DNA of 64,000 nucleotides, from positions 1,408,001 to 1,472,000 of the forward strand of contig CBDANF010000003.1 of assembly GCA_965197475.1 (NCBI GenBank). Reading direction: 5' to 3'. The notes beneath the pieces are model-generated. The model searched no databases and had not been told where the DNA came from. It was given only the letters and a program-made list of their open reading frames with translations. Position numbers and translations under genes: made by a program. This DNA is from Candidatus Poribacteria bacterium (GTDB lineage Bacteria; Poribacteria; WGA-4E; WGA-3G). Shown here piece after piece: positions 39,670 to 50,018 of this stretch; the first letter of the stretch is position 1, and every line of letters starts with the position of its first letter.

Positions 39670-41408
39670 CAAGGCACTCTGCGGGCAGAATTGAGGTAAA
39701 TTTTATGTCAACTGACACAACACTCATGTTTCATTCCACTGGTGGGAATTTAGCGGTCTCAGCAATGCAGAATTGGCGTATCATTGTCTCTGATGACGCA
39801 ACTGTTTCAGAAAAATATGCCGCTGAAGAATTCCAAAAATGGTTTAATCAAGCATCTCTGTTAGCATTACCGCTTGGGACAACCAACGAAAATATTACTC
39901 ACGATGAAGGGCATGTCAACATCAGTGCATTATCTGAGATAGGCGATGAAGAAACCCACATCAAGGTTGAAAATAGTCAAATTCAGATCAGTGGAGGCTT
40001 ACCACGGGGTGTCCTTTACGCTGTCTATCAGTTTCTTGAGGAATTGCTCGGAATCCGATTTTTAACCGCTGATCATACATACATTCCAGATGCGTCCGAA
40101 CTGAAAATACCTTGTGGTACCTATACATACAACCCACCTTTTTCATTCCGTTGGAGTTACTATCGCGAAAACTCAAATGCTCCAGAATTCGCAGCGAAAC
40201 GAAAAGTTAACACCGTTACAGATGCCGAAAACCTCGGTGGAAAAACCCATCAACAACTTATCAACCATTCATTCTATATACTCGTACCTTTTAGCACCTA
40301 CGGTCAAAATCATCCAGAGTATTACGCATTAGTTGATGGAAAACGGGATACGAATACACATGGCGGCGGACCACAATTATGTGTTACCAATTCCGAAGTG
40401 ATTGAGATTGCCGCTGAGTCGGCAATTCAACGACTCACTAACAACCCTAATGTCGCGAACATCAGCGTCAGTCAAGCGGATACTGCTGCGTACTGCCGAT
40501 GTGAATGGTGTGAGGAGCTAAACGAGGCAGAAGGCACACCGATGGGTTCACAGTTGACATTTGTTAATGCAGTCGCGGAACGTATTGAAAAAGTCCATCC
40601 AAATGTTAAAGTTGGGACACTTGCGTATTGGTATACTCGCAAACCACCTAAAACAGTTCAACCTCGGCACAATGTGCAAATTCAACTCTGTAGTATTGAA
40701 TGTTGCACGCTCCATGCGATTGACAACCCAGATTGCGAACAAAATCAAGCGTTCTGCGCAGATACAAACGAATGGGGTAAAATTTGTAATGACATCTGGA
40801 TTTGGAATTACAACACCAATTTCTGTTCGTATGATTTGCCGTTCCCGAATTTAAGGTGTATCGGACCTAACGTCCGATATTTTTTACGGAACAATGCAAA
40901 AGGTGTTTTCATGCAGGCAAATGGTAACGGGTTAACGGGCGAATTCTCCGATTTACGAAATTACCTAATTTCGTGTCTACTCTGGAATCCACATCTTGAC
41001 GATCAAGTCATTTTAAACAAATTTGTGCATCTTCATTACGGAACTGCTGCACCGGCTATTCTGGATTACATCAATTTTCTCCACGAGAATGTTGAGGCAA
41101 GAAATCTCCATCCAAGATGTTTTCCAACCCCAGAGGATGTTGGTTTAGATGCGGAAAGCGCGCAGCGTGTTTTTAACTACTTCCAACGGGCATTGGCACT
41201 TGCAGAGAATTCCGAAATTCAAGCGCGGGTTGAAAAAGCGTCTATTCCTGCATATAAAGCGATGCTGGTAGCTGGTGGCGAAATTGCACCGCAACGTCGG
41301 CGCACCTTGATCGCTGAATATATCGCGCTGTGCAAACGCTATGGGATGACGCACGCAGCAGAACACCAAGCAGCTGAAGCCTATTTTGAAAAATTGCACC
41401 AGCAATAG
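39666..41408 (+). CDS. DUF4838-domain protein (glycoside-hydrolase-like)
   Basis: 'RGVLYAVYQFLE..LGIRF', 'HPEYYAL.DGKR', 'QLCVTN', 'C.CEWC', 'LAYWYTRKPP'. Confidence 0.8.
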   Translation: MTRHSAGRIEVNFMSTDTTLMFHSTGGNLAVSAMQNWRIIVSDDATVSEKYAAEEFQKWFNQASLLALPLGTTNENITHDEGHVNISALSEIGDEETHIKVENSQIQISGGLPRGVLYAVYQFLEELLGIRFLTADHTYIPDASELKIPCGTYTYNPPFSFRWSYYRENSNAPEFAAKRKVNTVTDAENLGGKTHQQLINHSFYILVPFSTYGQNHPEYYALVDGKRDTNTHGGGPQLCVTNSEVIEIAAESAIQRLTNNPNVANISVSQADTAAYCRCEWCEELNEAEGTPMGSQLTFVNAVAERIEKVHPNVKVGTLAYWYTRKPPKTVQPRHNVQIQLCSIECCTLHAIDNPDCEQNQAFCADTNEWGKICNDIWIWNYNTNFCSYDLPFPNLRCIGPNVRYFLRNNAKGVFMQANGNGLTGEFSDLRNYLISCLLWNPHLDDQVILNKFVHLHYGTAAPAILDYINFLHENVEARNLHPRCFPTPEDVGLDAESAQRVFNYFQRALALAENSEIQARVEKASIPAYKAMLVAGGEIAPQRRRTLIAEYIALCKRYGMTHAAEHQAAEAYFEKLHQQ

Positions 41409-41426
41409 AAGTCAGGTGTATACTAT

Positions 41427-41455
41427 TTGACTTTCTTGATGGCGCGCGGTATCAT
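41427..41455 (+). promoter_or_regulatory. Candidate sigma70 promoter
   Basis: TTGACT-N17-TATCAT upstream of the VWA gene. Confidence 0.5.
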
Positions 41456-41470
41456 CGGGTGAATTAACAG

Positions 41471-44272
41471 ATGTTTGATTTCCGATCCCCTCTCTTTTTA
41501 ATCCTACTCGCGGCGATGCCGTTTTTAATCCTTATTCAGTTACGCACAAATGCAATTGCATCGAAATGGCGGAAACGCGCCACTTTTGTCCTCAGATGCG
41601 CCGCGCTTGTATGTGCTATCCTTGCCCTGGCAAATCTACAGCGTACTCATAGAGAACAACGCCTCGCGGTAGTATTTCTACTTGATACCTCTGATAGCAT
41701 TGCACCATCTCAACTCGAAGATGCAACTAATCAGATTAACAACGCTATAGCAAAGTTGAAACCGAATGACCAATTTGGGGTTATCAGTTTTGCACAAGAA
41801 CCATCTGTCTTAATTGGAATGGGGCCTGCGAACGATCAACCGATCCTGCCATCGGTTTTGACAGAATCAACAGTTGAACGGGATGCTACTGATATTCTCA
41901 CTGCCCTCAAGCGAGCACTTGAACTATTGCCGGATAATTACCATCGGCGGATAGTGCTTTTCACCGATGGCATACACAATGTCGGTAATACTTCTATCAC
42001 AGATTTCCTGCCGCTGTTTTCAGAAAGTGATGTGGAAATGTTGACTGTTCCTCTACAAACAATCAATGATGCAATTCGGGTTCAGGAACTGCAGCTGCCG
42101 AACACGCTCCGAAAAGGGCAACGTTTTCCGATACAGGTAATCGTTGAAACAGACGGTAGCATTCCAACTGTAACAGCCACGCTCTATCACAATGGTGTTC
42201 CAATTCCTGATGTTGAATTCACGCTGCAAAAAGGGAAAAATGTGTTAACGCTGCCTATACAACAGGTTTTGGAAGACCGTCCGCATACATATCACCTAAA
42301 GTTAAATGTAAGTGATGAAATTCTCGAAAATAACCAGGCGTATGGTGTTGTGCAAATTCAGGATAAACCGCATATCCTATATACGGAAGGTGATTTGGAA
42401 CATGCTGATAATCTAAAAAAAGTGCTTGAAGAGAACGGCTTTGTGGTAAAAGTTATTTCTGCTGCTGAAGTGCCAGCGGATCTGATAACCCTTCAACACA
42501 ACGATTTGTTGATTCTCAGCAACATTTCCGCTAACACACTTTCATCGGAGCAAATGGGCATTATAGAGACTTATGTCCGCGATCTCGGACACGGATTAGT
42601 TGTTATTGGTGGTAACCATGCTTTCGGTCCTGGTGGTTATACAGATACAGCGTTGGAACGTGTACTCCCTGTTGAGATGACACCGCGTGACCGACAAGAT
42701 TCTGTCGCGCTTGTCTTTGTAATCGATACATCAGGAAGCATGGCGAACTACGTTGGTGCACAAAAAAAGATTGAACTCGCCATTGCCGGTGTTCGCTCCG
42801 GTATCCACAATCTTGAGGAAGAAGATGTGGTGGGGATCATTAGTTTCAGTGCAGGTAAGAATGCTCTCGTCATATCCGAACTTACATCTGACCATGATAC
42901 GCTTATTAAACGCGTTGGGCGGCTTAAACCGACAGGTGGCACAACTGCGATGGGAGAGGCAATCGAATCAGCCGGCGAGATGCTAAAAGTATCCGATGCG
43001 AAACGGAAGCATATCATTCTTTTGTCGGACGGTAAATCTAAAGGAAAACCTTCTAAAGTAATTGAAACAGCGAAAGATGTCACTGCTGCACGTATCGGTA
43101 TTACGACTATCGCGATCGGTGATGCTGATAAAAAACTTCTGAAGGAAATCGCGGATACGAGTGGGGGACGTGCTGTCCATGTTCAGAATGTGCAGGAATT
43201 ACCAGAGGTTTTGATGGACGCTGCCCGAGAGACGCAAAATTATATTGTTCAGGAAAAATTCCAACCAAAAACTGTTAGTCAGACAACTCCAATTTTAGAA
43301 GGTATCGAAGTGTTAAAACTACTGGACGGATACGTTGCGACAGCAGAAAAGACAACGGCACAGGTTTTTATAATATCCCATAAAGACGAACCTATTCTTG
43401 CAGGTTGGCATTATGGGTTAGGAAAGGCAGTCGCGTGGACTTCGGATGTCAAACCTGCGTGGAGTAAAGAATGGATTTCATGGTCGAACTTTGGCAAGTT
43501 CTGGGGACAAGTCGTCAATTGGACTCTACCGACTGAGGGAGCAGATGTTGATTTCGATCTTATCGTTTCGCCTCGTAACGGCAGTGCAGAAGTTGTTATT
43601 GACACGCAACATGCGTCACCTACAACTTATCTGGTTCAAGTTGCAGGTCCGAACGGGGCAAGCCAATCTGTCAACATGCAGCAGGAAAGCACAAGGCGTT
43701 ATATCGGAACATTTCAGATGAATGATAGCGGATCCTATATTGTCACTGCAAAACGTGAAGGTGATACGCGCAAACGGACGGAAGCACTTTCGCTTTCCTA
43801 TCCTGCCGAATATGCGGCGTTTACTGTAAACACAAATCAGCTAAGGAAACTTGCCAATGTTACAGGTGGAATTTATGAACCGACATTATCTCAGATAGCA
43901 GCCCCAGCGGGAATACCTTTTGAAAAGCGTGTGTCGCTTTCCCAAGTGTTGTTAGTCGTTGCTGTTGCGCTTTTTGTATTGGAAATGATTCTTCGTCGGT
44001 TTAGCATAGCGAGCGGATATTTAGCTGAACTTCGGGCACAACTACGCAGGCAATCAGAAGCGGTTGTTCCTGAAACACTAACACAACTTACCGAGAAAAA
44101 AGATGGCGTGGTTACAATTTCTAATTCCGAAATCTATGCAAGCGTGGAAACTATTTCTACACCCTTACGTGTCAAACCTGAGGATGTTCCAGAAGCACCA
44201 CGATCTATTGAAGGAACGATGACACGATTGTTGGTAGCAAAAAGAAAAGCGCAGTCATCAGAGCATGGTTGA
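41471..44272 (+). CDS. Membrane protein with two VWA domains and a glutamine-amidotransferase-like domain (BatA-type N-terminus)
   Basis: MIDAS motifs DTSDS and DTSGS, TDG/SDG, 'GG..AFGPGGY', and terminal TM segments. Confidence 0.88.
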   Translation: MFDFRSPLFLILLAAMPFLILIQLRTNAIASKWRKRATFVLRCAALVCAILALANLQRTHREQRLAVVFLLDTSDSIAPSQLEDATNQINNAIAKLKPNDQFGVISFAQEPSVLIGMGPANDQPILPSVLTESTVERDATDILTALKRALELLPDNYHRRIVLFTDGIHNVGNTSITDFLPLFSESDVEMLTVPLQTINDAIRVQELQLPNTLRKGQRFPIQVIVETDGSIPTVTATLYHNGVPIPDVEFTLQKGKNVLTLPIQQVLEDRPHTYHLKLNVSDEILENNQAYGVVQIQDKPHILYTEGDLEHADNLKKVLEENGFVVKVISAAEVPADLITLQHNDLLILSNISANTLSSEQMGIIETYVRDLGHGLVVIGGNHAFGPGGYTDTALERVLPVEMTPRDRQDSVALVFVIDTSGSMANYVGAQKKIELAIAGVRSGIHNLEEEDVVGIISFSAGKNALVISELTSDHDTLIKRVGRLKPTGGTTAMGEAIESAGEMLKVSDAKRKHIILLSDGKSKGKPSKVIETAKDVTAARIGITTIAIGDADKKLLKEIADTSGGRAVHVQNVQELPEVLMDAARETQNYIVQEKFQPKTVSQTTPILEGIEVLKLLDGYVATAEKTTAQVFIISHKDEPILAGWHYGLGKAVAWTSDVKPAWSKEWISWSNFGKFWGQVVNWTLPTEGADVDFDLIVSPRNGSAEVVIDTQHASPTTYLVQVAGPNGASQSVNMQQESTRRYIGTFQMNDSGSYIVTAKREGDTRKRTEALSLSYPAEYAAFTVNTNQLRKLANVTGGIYEPTLSQIAAPAGIPFEKRVSLSQVLLVVAVALFVLEMILRRFSIASGYLAELRAQLRRQSEAVVPETLTQLTEKKDGVVTISNSEIYASVETISTPLRVKPEDVPEAPRSIEGTMTRLLVAKRKAQSSEHG

Positions 44273-44364
44273 GTTGAGGGAACCCATTCATACCCAAGTC
44301 GGCAGGTGCGGTTTCCTAATCGTACCTACCACGTGTATAAATAATTATGGATTTACTATAAATA

Positions 44365-45371
44365 ACGTGAGTTTGATAAATATTTTTAGAAGTTACATAT
44401 CATTGGCAACTGACAGTCTTTTTCCTGAAGTTCTTTATGTTTGAGTGAAGGTTTCTTCTTCAGACAAGTATAAGCGATCAAGGCAGCAACTGTGTTCACT
44501 TGAAAGTTAACAGGACTTCTATGTCGTGTGTGTTGTCCCTCTGTCTGACTTTTGAGTTCTTTATTTACGGACTCAACGAGCATCCGTTTCTTCAAGAGTG
44601 CTGCATCAGACAAAGGTTCAGGTTTCATATTCGGACGCACTTTGTAAATGAGGGACACGCCTTCTTCTTGGAGTCTCTCCCGCAGATTTTTGGCGATATA
44701 TCCTTTATCGGCAAATAGTTTGCCAAAGAGCCCACGACACAACTGTGGCACGGGTTGCCTGTCATCTACGTTTCCCCGTGTCACCATAGCGGACAACAGT
44801 TCACCTTGGTCGTTGATGACGACATGTAGTTTGAACCCATAGAACCATCCCATAGAAGTTTTAGCACGACCCGCACACTCAGCGAAGACGCGATGCGTTG
44901 AAATCCGACGATTGTGGCAGACCGGAAGGGGTGTTGAGTCTATGAAGGAAATCCCACGACATTCACCGAAACGGGTGTTCAGAAAAATAGACAATGGAAC
45001 CAATACCTCTTGTGAGAGCTGCACAAAACGACTATAGCTGACAAGTTTTGGAAACGCCCAACGCAACTGGCAGCAAACATAATCCTGATAATAGGCTTTA
45101 AGATTTTTATACTGCTTCTGATGAAAATGCACAAGTATCGTCATGACTTCGCTCGGATGAAGACACCGAAGTCTGCCACGGGTATTGCTTGTTCCGGGGA
45201 TTTCCGGTAACTGGTGTTGTGCTTGATATTGTTCGGACGCAAGAAAAAAGTCGTCAATTTCACAGAAAAGTGTTATGATATCCATCAGAGAACTCCTTTG
45301 TCCGTATTTGATATACTTCATAATAACAAAGGGGTTCTCTATTTACCAGTTTTTAATTATCAAACTCACGT
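44365..45371 (-). mobile_element. IS982-family element
   Basis: Inverted repeats (AATA)ACGTGAGTTTGATAA at 44361-44379 and 45357-45375. Confidence 0.9.
44386..45285 (-). CDS. IS982-family transposase
   Basis: 'LFCEIDDF', 'FIDSTPL.VC', 'WFYGFKLH', 'ADKGY', 'RHRS..NF'. Start set at ATG 45285. Confidence 0.92.
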   Translation of the reverse strand: MDIITLFCEIDDFFLASEQYQAQHQLPEIPGTSNTRGRLRCLHPSEVMTILVHFHQKQYKNLKAYYQDYVCCQLRWAFPKLVSYSRFVQLSQEVLVPLSIFLNTRFGECRGISFIDSTPLPVCHNRRISTHRVFAECAGRAKTSMGWFYGFKLHVVINDQGELLSAMVTRGNVDDRQPVPQLCRGLFGKLFADKGYIAKNLRERLQEEGVSLIYKVRPNMKPEPLSDAALLKKRMLVESVNKELKSQTEGQHTRHRSPVNFQVNTVAALIAYTCLKKKPSLKHKELQEKDCQLPMICNF

Positions 45372-45389
45372 TATTATAGGTTCAGCAAA

Positions 45390-45540
45390 GGCAGCCCCAG
45401 CGGGGGAAATATTTATAGCAGCACGACATACATACGGACAAGCCCGAACGGGGCGGCAGGTGTAAGAATGTAGATGGAACCAGGGTATTTCTATTGAACC
45501 CAATCTACACTACAGTTCCAAATTTGTCCAAAATTTAGTA
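45390..45540 (-). repeat. Partial reversed copy of the 51229-51565 MITE, abutting IS982
   Basis: Shares CCCCGCTGGGGCTGC and ACACCTG.CGCCCCGTT units and a TTGTCCAAA..TTAGT end. Confidence 0.65.
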
Positions 45541-45618
45541 ACAATTTTGGGAACTGAGTGTTTTATACAATGAATCTGCAAACCACACCAGACAATGCTG
45601 TGAAAAAGGTGAATACTG

Positions 45619-45813
45619 ATGGATAGAATTACTTTCAATCCCAAGCAATGCCGTGGCATGCGGATTCGGGTAACAGATGTTTTGGACCTACTCGCTAATG
45701 GTTTATCCTTCCAAGATATACTTGACGAAATGCCAGATTTGGAATACGAGGATATTGTTGCTTGTCTTCAATTTGCCTCACAGAAAATTGACCATCCAAT
45801 TATTGCCGCATGA
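45619..45813 (+). CDS. DUF433 antitoxin (VapB45-like) with an internal deletion
   Basis: 'RITFNPKQC[GG.PCI missing]RGMRIRVTDVL.LLA.G...IL...PDLE.EDI.ACL'. Confidence 0.8.
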   Translation: MDRITFNPKQCRGMRIRVTDVLDLLANGLSFQDILDEMPDLEYEDIVACLQFASQKIDHPIIAA

Positions 45814-46150
45814 AGTTTTGGATTGATGCCCAACTTGCGCTAGCACTTGCACCCTTGCTCAATGATACTTTTCCAGCCAAGTATTTTCGATTCAACGTCT
45901 CGGACTCCGCGATGCTGATGATGTAAAAATATTTTCTGCTGCGCGCGAGGCAAACACAGTCTTGATAACAAAAGACCAAGACTTTGTCCAATTGTTAAAT
46001 CAACTCGGTCCTCCCTCCCAAGTTGTATGGATAACTTGTGGCAATACATCAAACGCTGAAATGCGTGAAATTCTGCAACAAACTTTTCATGAAGTTCTTT
46101 CGCTTCTGAAAGCAGGGGAATCTTTAGTAGAGATTACTTCTATAGCGTGA
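45810..46150 (+). pseudogene. DUF5615 PIN-like toxin (VapC45-like), frameshifted
   Basis: 'MKFWIDAQL' start overlaps the antitoxin stop. 'GLRDADD.KIF..A...ITKDQDF...GPP..VVWITCGN' lies in another frame. Confidence 0.8.
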
Positions 46151-46303
46151 ATCACGTTCAGAGACACGTTGTATTGTGATATCCTACAACAGTAGATTGT
46201 GATAGCGATTGCTGGTATCTATGCTTCCTGACGTTGCGATGGTGAGTTTAACTTTCGCAAGCCATTTATAATAGATTTTCAGAAATAACGGACCTTGCAA
46301 ATA

Positions 46304-47269
46304 CTAATACCACACCGCCTTATTCACAACGTTCTGCAACGGCGCACCCTTAGCGAACCGAAGCGCGTTTTCCAAGAAAATCTCAAACCGACGTTCCGAG
46401 ATATTTTCCGCATCCTTAACGGCAATATGCGGCGTTATCAATACATTCGGCATTTGCCACAACGGACTTTCAGCAGGCAAAGGCTCAACTTCAAACACAT
46501 CTAATCCACATCCCGCAATAGTCCCCTGCTCAAGAGCTTCAATCAGGTCGGCGAGTTTTGTCGTTTTACCACGGCCGATGTTGATGAAGTAAGCTGTCTT
46601 TTTCATCAGCGCGAAGCGATTTTTGTGCCACATTCCTTCCGTTTCCGGTGTGTGCGGTGTGGTGACAATCACAAAGTCAGCAAGCGGAAGGAGCGTGTCT
46701 AATTCGGCGGGTTCATGCTTTTCCACAAAAGGCACTGCATATTCCCATCTTGCATCAACACCGAGCACTTTCATGCCGAACTCTGCACAGAGTCGCGCGG
46801 TTTCGTGTCCGATACCACCTACACCAACAATTAAAGCAGTTGCCCGCGCGAGGTCAATATATCCACTTTTGCGCGCATTGTTGTTCCAGATGCCCTCGCG
46901 TTGTGCGTCCATATAGTAGGGTAAGCCACGAGCCAACGCAAGCACGAACATCATAATATGTTGTGCGATGTGGTCATTGTAAATACCACGTGGATTGCAG
47001 ATGACAACAGGATGTTCAATCAGTGCGGGGTAATAGAATCCGACAGCAGGACCGGCAGCAGGACTCTGTAGCCATCGCAGGTTTTTCGCCAATGGCAGTT
47101 GTTCGGGAGACACCCAACCGTAAACAGCATCGGCATCAGGAAGATGTGTGTTTACTTCATCGTCCGTCTTCGGTAAGACAACGTTATATGCGGACAATTC
47201 GTTCTGTAGACGTTCTGCCCACGCGTGTGATTCCGCGTTCTGCGGCGGCATCATTATGAGTTTTGACAC
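46304..47269 (-). CDS. D-2-hydroxyacid dehydrogenase
   Basis: GVGGIG, 'PHTPET', 'NIGRG', 'LDVFEVEPLP', 'TPH'. Confidence 0.93.
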   Translation of the reverse strand: MSKLIMMPPQNAESHAWAERLQNELSAYNVVLPKTDDEVNTHLPDADAVYGWVSPEQLPLAKNLRWLQSPAAGPAVGFYYPALIEHPVVICNPRGIYNDHIAQHIMMFVLALARGLPYYMDAQREGIWNNNARKSGYIDLARATALIVGVGGIGHETARLCAEFGMKVLGVDARWEYAVPFVEKHEPAELDTLLPLADFVIVTTPHTPETEGMWHKNRFALMKKTAYFINIGRGKTTKLADLIEALEQGTIAGCGLDVFEVEPLPAESPLWQMPNVLITPHIAVKDAENISERRFEIFLENALRFAKGAPLQNVVNKAVWY

Positions 47270-47347
47270 AGATTCTTTTCCTCTCTCAGTTATTTACAAG
47301 CACTCTATCTTATCATGGCACCAGATGAAAATCAACGTTCGTGCAGG

Positions 47348-48798
47348 GGGTGTGTAAAGTTTTTGTACAAAGATTATGCGGCTTTTGTGTTTAGATACCA
47401 ATAACTATCCCAAGCATTATTCTTATACAAACATCGCCACCCAAGTACAGCGTTGATACCCGGTTTCTCCCGCCTCATAGAAGCCCGTTTACATCTTTGC
47501 CCGACAACATGTTTACAGGCACTCTCAATCACACCACTGCCAATCTGATATCCTTTCTCTAAACGCTTGATACCGCATACGCTTCGCGTGTTTTTCAAAA
47601 TACTTCGCTTCTCTTTCTAAAATATCCGAAACTTCCGGGTTCTGTGCTCCTAAGGTGCGGATGCGTGCGACCACTTCTGTGATGTGGCCATCAAAAAGAT
47701 GCGGTTCCGTCGCTTTTATCCACGCACCAATCGCTTCTATTTCAGTCTCACCAAATGCGTGTTTGGCAACATCATACAGATGAGATTTGGCCTGCCTGTA
47801 ATCCACAATCTCAACCGCATTGGGGAAGTGTTCATCGGCTAAGTTCCATATCCACGCAGCACCATCGCCAATAAACACAATCTCCTGGGTATCTATAGCT
47901 TCTTGATAGATACCGCTGTTTGTCGCTAACGCAAACAACTCTTTACCAAAATGTGCCACATCAGGACGAGACGCAACATAACGGATACTGGATGTTCTGG
48001 CACTCGGTATCGCCCCAGAACCTTGTTGCGGATAATCCCTATAAATACAACCAACTTTTACTTCTTTCCAACCATCCAGTGAGTTCGTCCGACAGCCATC
48101 ACAACTCACATACCATCGCTGATTTTCTACAAGCTTTTGGGTTTCCACTTGTTCACAAACGCTCAAATCTTCTGACCACTCACACACTTTTTGATGAAGT
48201 GTCGTGTGGCGGACTTCTATTCCCTGACGAGATAACTCTTCTGACGCTTCTCTAAAGTCAAGAAGTGCCGCCAAACGACACATCGCCTCAGCAACACGAT
48301 GCGTCCATTGACCTCGCAACTTCTGTTTGGTATCAAACGGCACATGATTATGACCACAAGGACAACGATACACCCAACGTTTTACACGGATAACACCACA
48401 CAAGGTCGTAATACGCCGCTCTCTTTTACACCACGGACGACACACTTCCTGATGTTCGGGACATTCAACAGGTTCACCAGACTGTTCACTCGCTTTTTGA
48501 GAAATAAATATCTCTAAAAACTTTTGACACCACGAACGAGATGCCTCAAATACACGAAACTCCGCTTCTTCTAACGGTATACACGGATCGGAAAACATCT
48601 CTCCCGCAAAATCGTTGAATTCTTCTACAAACTTCTGAAATACGCCTTCAAACGCTTTGACTTCACAACGCTCTAATGATATACTAAACATCGGTATCCT
48701 CTCCTATTTTGTTCATAATTTATTAGGATAGGATACCATTTTTGGGTAAACTTGTAACATCTTTCCAATTCATACCTGTACAAAAACTTTACACACCC
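47348..48798 (-). mobile_element. ISKra4/ISLre2-like (Mutator-type) IS with a frameshifted transposase (47525..48691 plus 47374..47598)
   Basis: Perfect 22-bp inverted repeats GGGTGTGTAAAGTTTTTGTACA. 'CDG..WKEVK', 'GDGAAWIW' and 'IGSGVIESACK' are split across frames. Confidence 0.88.
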
Positions 48799-48814
48799 GT
48801 TAAAATATATCAAT

Positions 48815-48843
48815 TTGACATTTGCCCTGAATTATGTTAAAAT
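48815..48843 (+). promoter_or_regulatory. Sigma70 promoter of the ferredoxin-gmk-coaBC operon
   Basis: TTGACA-N17-TAAAAT with an extended -10 TG. Confidence 0.7.
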
Positions 48844-48869
48844 AAAAGAAATCTGGAGGTGTAGCTGCT

Positions 48870-49328
48870 ATGGCATATTATATTACTGACGAATGCATCG
48901 GGTGTATGGCATGTTTAACCAATTGTCCTGTTGATGCAATTACCGGCGACCGGAATAAGCTGCACATCATTGACCCAAATATATGTATTGATTGTAGTGC
49001 ATGCGGTATGGTGTGTCCGGTAGAAGCAATCCGAGACCAATTCGGGGAAGTCTGTAAATTTATTCGTCGTCCGACTCATAGACCGATTGCTGTTATCTAT
49101 GAAGAACTCTGCTCTGGATGCGATTTTTGCGTCCACATCTGCCCATGGGAATGTCTTGAACTCAAAGACCCAGAAACTGGCGAACACGCTGAAAGTTTCT
49201 TCGGTATCTGTGAATTAGTCAAACCGAAGGATTGCGTTGGCTGCAAGTTGTGTGAAGAGGTATGCATCAAGGATGCTATCCGAGTCGAATCGCCTGTTCT
49301 ATTAGAACTCGCTGAGGCTGCAGATTAA
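48870..49328 (+). CDS. Polyferredoxin with four 4Fe-4S motifs
   Basis: Four CxxCxxCxxxC motifs. Confidence 0.92.
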   Translation: MAYYITDECIGCMACLTNCPVDAITGDRNKLHIIDPNICIDCSACGMVCPVEAIRDQFGEVCKFIRRPTHRPIAVIYEELCSGCDFCVHICPWECLELKDPETGEHAESFFGICELVKPKDCVGCKLCEEVCIKDAIRVESPVLLELAEAAD

Positions 49329-49346
49329 CTTACATTCAATTTCAAA

Positions 49347-50006
49347 ATGGTTTCCACACCGTTTAATAACCATAATTTAGTTGTTGTGATCTCAGGTCCT
49401 TCTGGATGTGGCAAAAGTACTGTTGCTAAGGCATTGTGTGAAGCAGACGGGACATTACGACTCTCAATATCCGCAACAACTCGCCCAGCAAGACATGGTG
49501 AAGTTGATGGGGTAAATTACCATTTTCTGACACACGCACAATTTGAGGAAAAGATTGAACAAAACGCATTCTTAGAGTGGGCAAAATACGGCGAAAACTT
49601 CTATGGAACGCCCATATCTGAAATAGAGGCTGCGCGACAAGGCGGAAAAGACACTATTTTAGAAATCGAAGTAAACGGGGCACTGCAAGTCCGAAAACAT
49701 GACCTTACCCCCTCAAAAAGCATACTGATTTTTCTAATTCCACCATCGTTCGCTATGCTAGAACAGCGGCTGCGCGGTAGAAAAACCGAATCAGAGGCAG
49801 AACTTACGAATAGATTAGAGATAGCCAAAACAGAGTTGAACCAGATTACACATTACGATTATTGTGTTATCAACCCTGAAGGTAAAATGGAACAAGCGGT
49901 TCGCCAAATTCAGGCAATTATCTCTGCGGAGTGGTGCCGTATCAATCCTGAAAAGACTTCAGCTTTTGTTGAATCCTTTGGCATTCCCAATAGGCAGGAT
50001 TTGTAA
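49347..50006 (+). CDS. gmk: Guanylate kinase
   Basis: 'SGPSGCGKST', 'SATTRPAR.GE.DGVNYHF', 'YGTP'. Confidence 0.96.
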   Translation: MVSTPFNNHNLVVVISGPSGCGKSTVAKALCEADGTLRLSISATTRPARHGEVDGVNYHFLTHAQFEEKIEQNAFLEWAKYGENFYGTPISEIEAARQGGKDTILEIEVNGALQVRKHDLTPSKSILIFLIPPSFAMLEQRLRGRKTESEAELTNRLEIAKTELNQITHYDYCVINPEGKMEQAVRQIQAIISAEWCRINPEKTSAFVESFGIPNRQDL

Positions 50007-50018
50007 TCCTGATACCTC

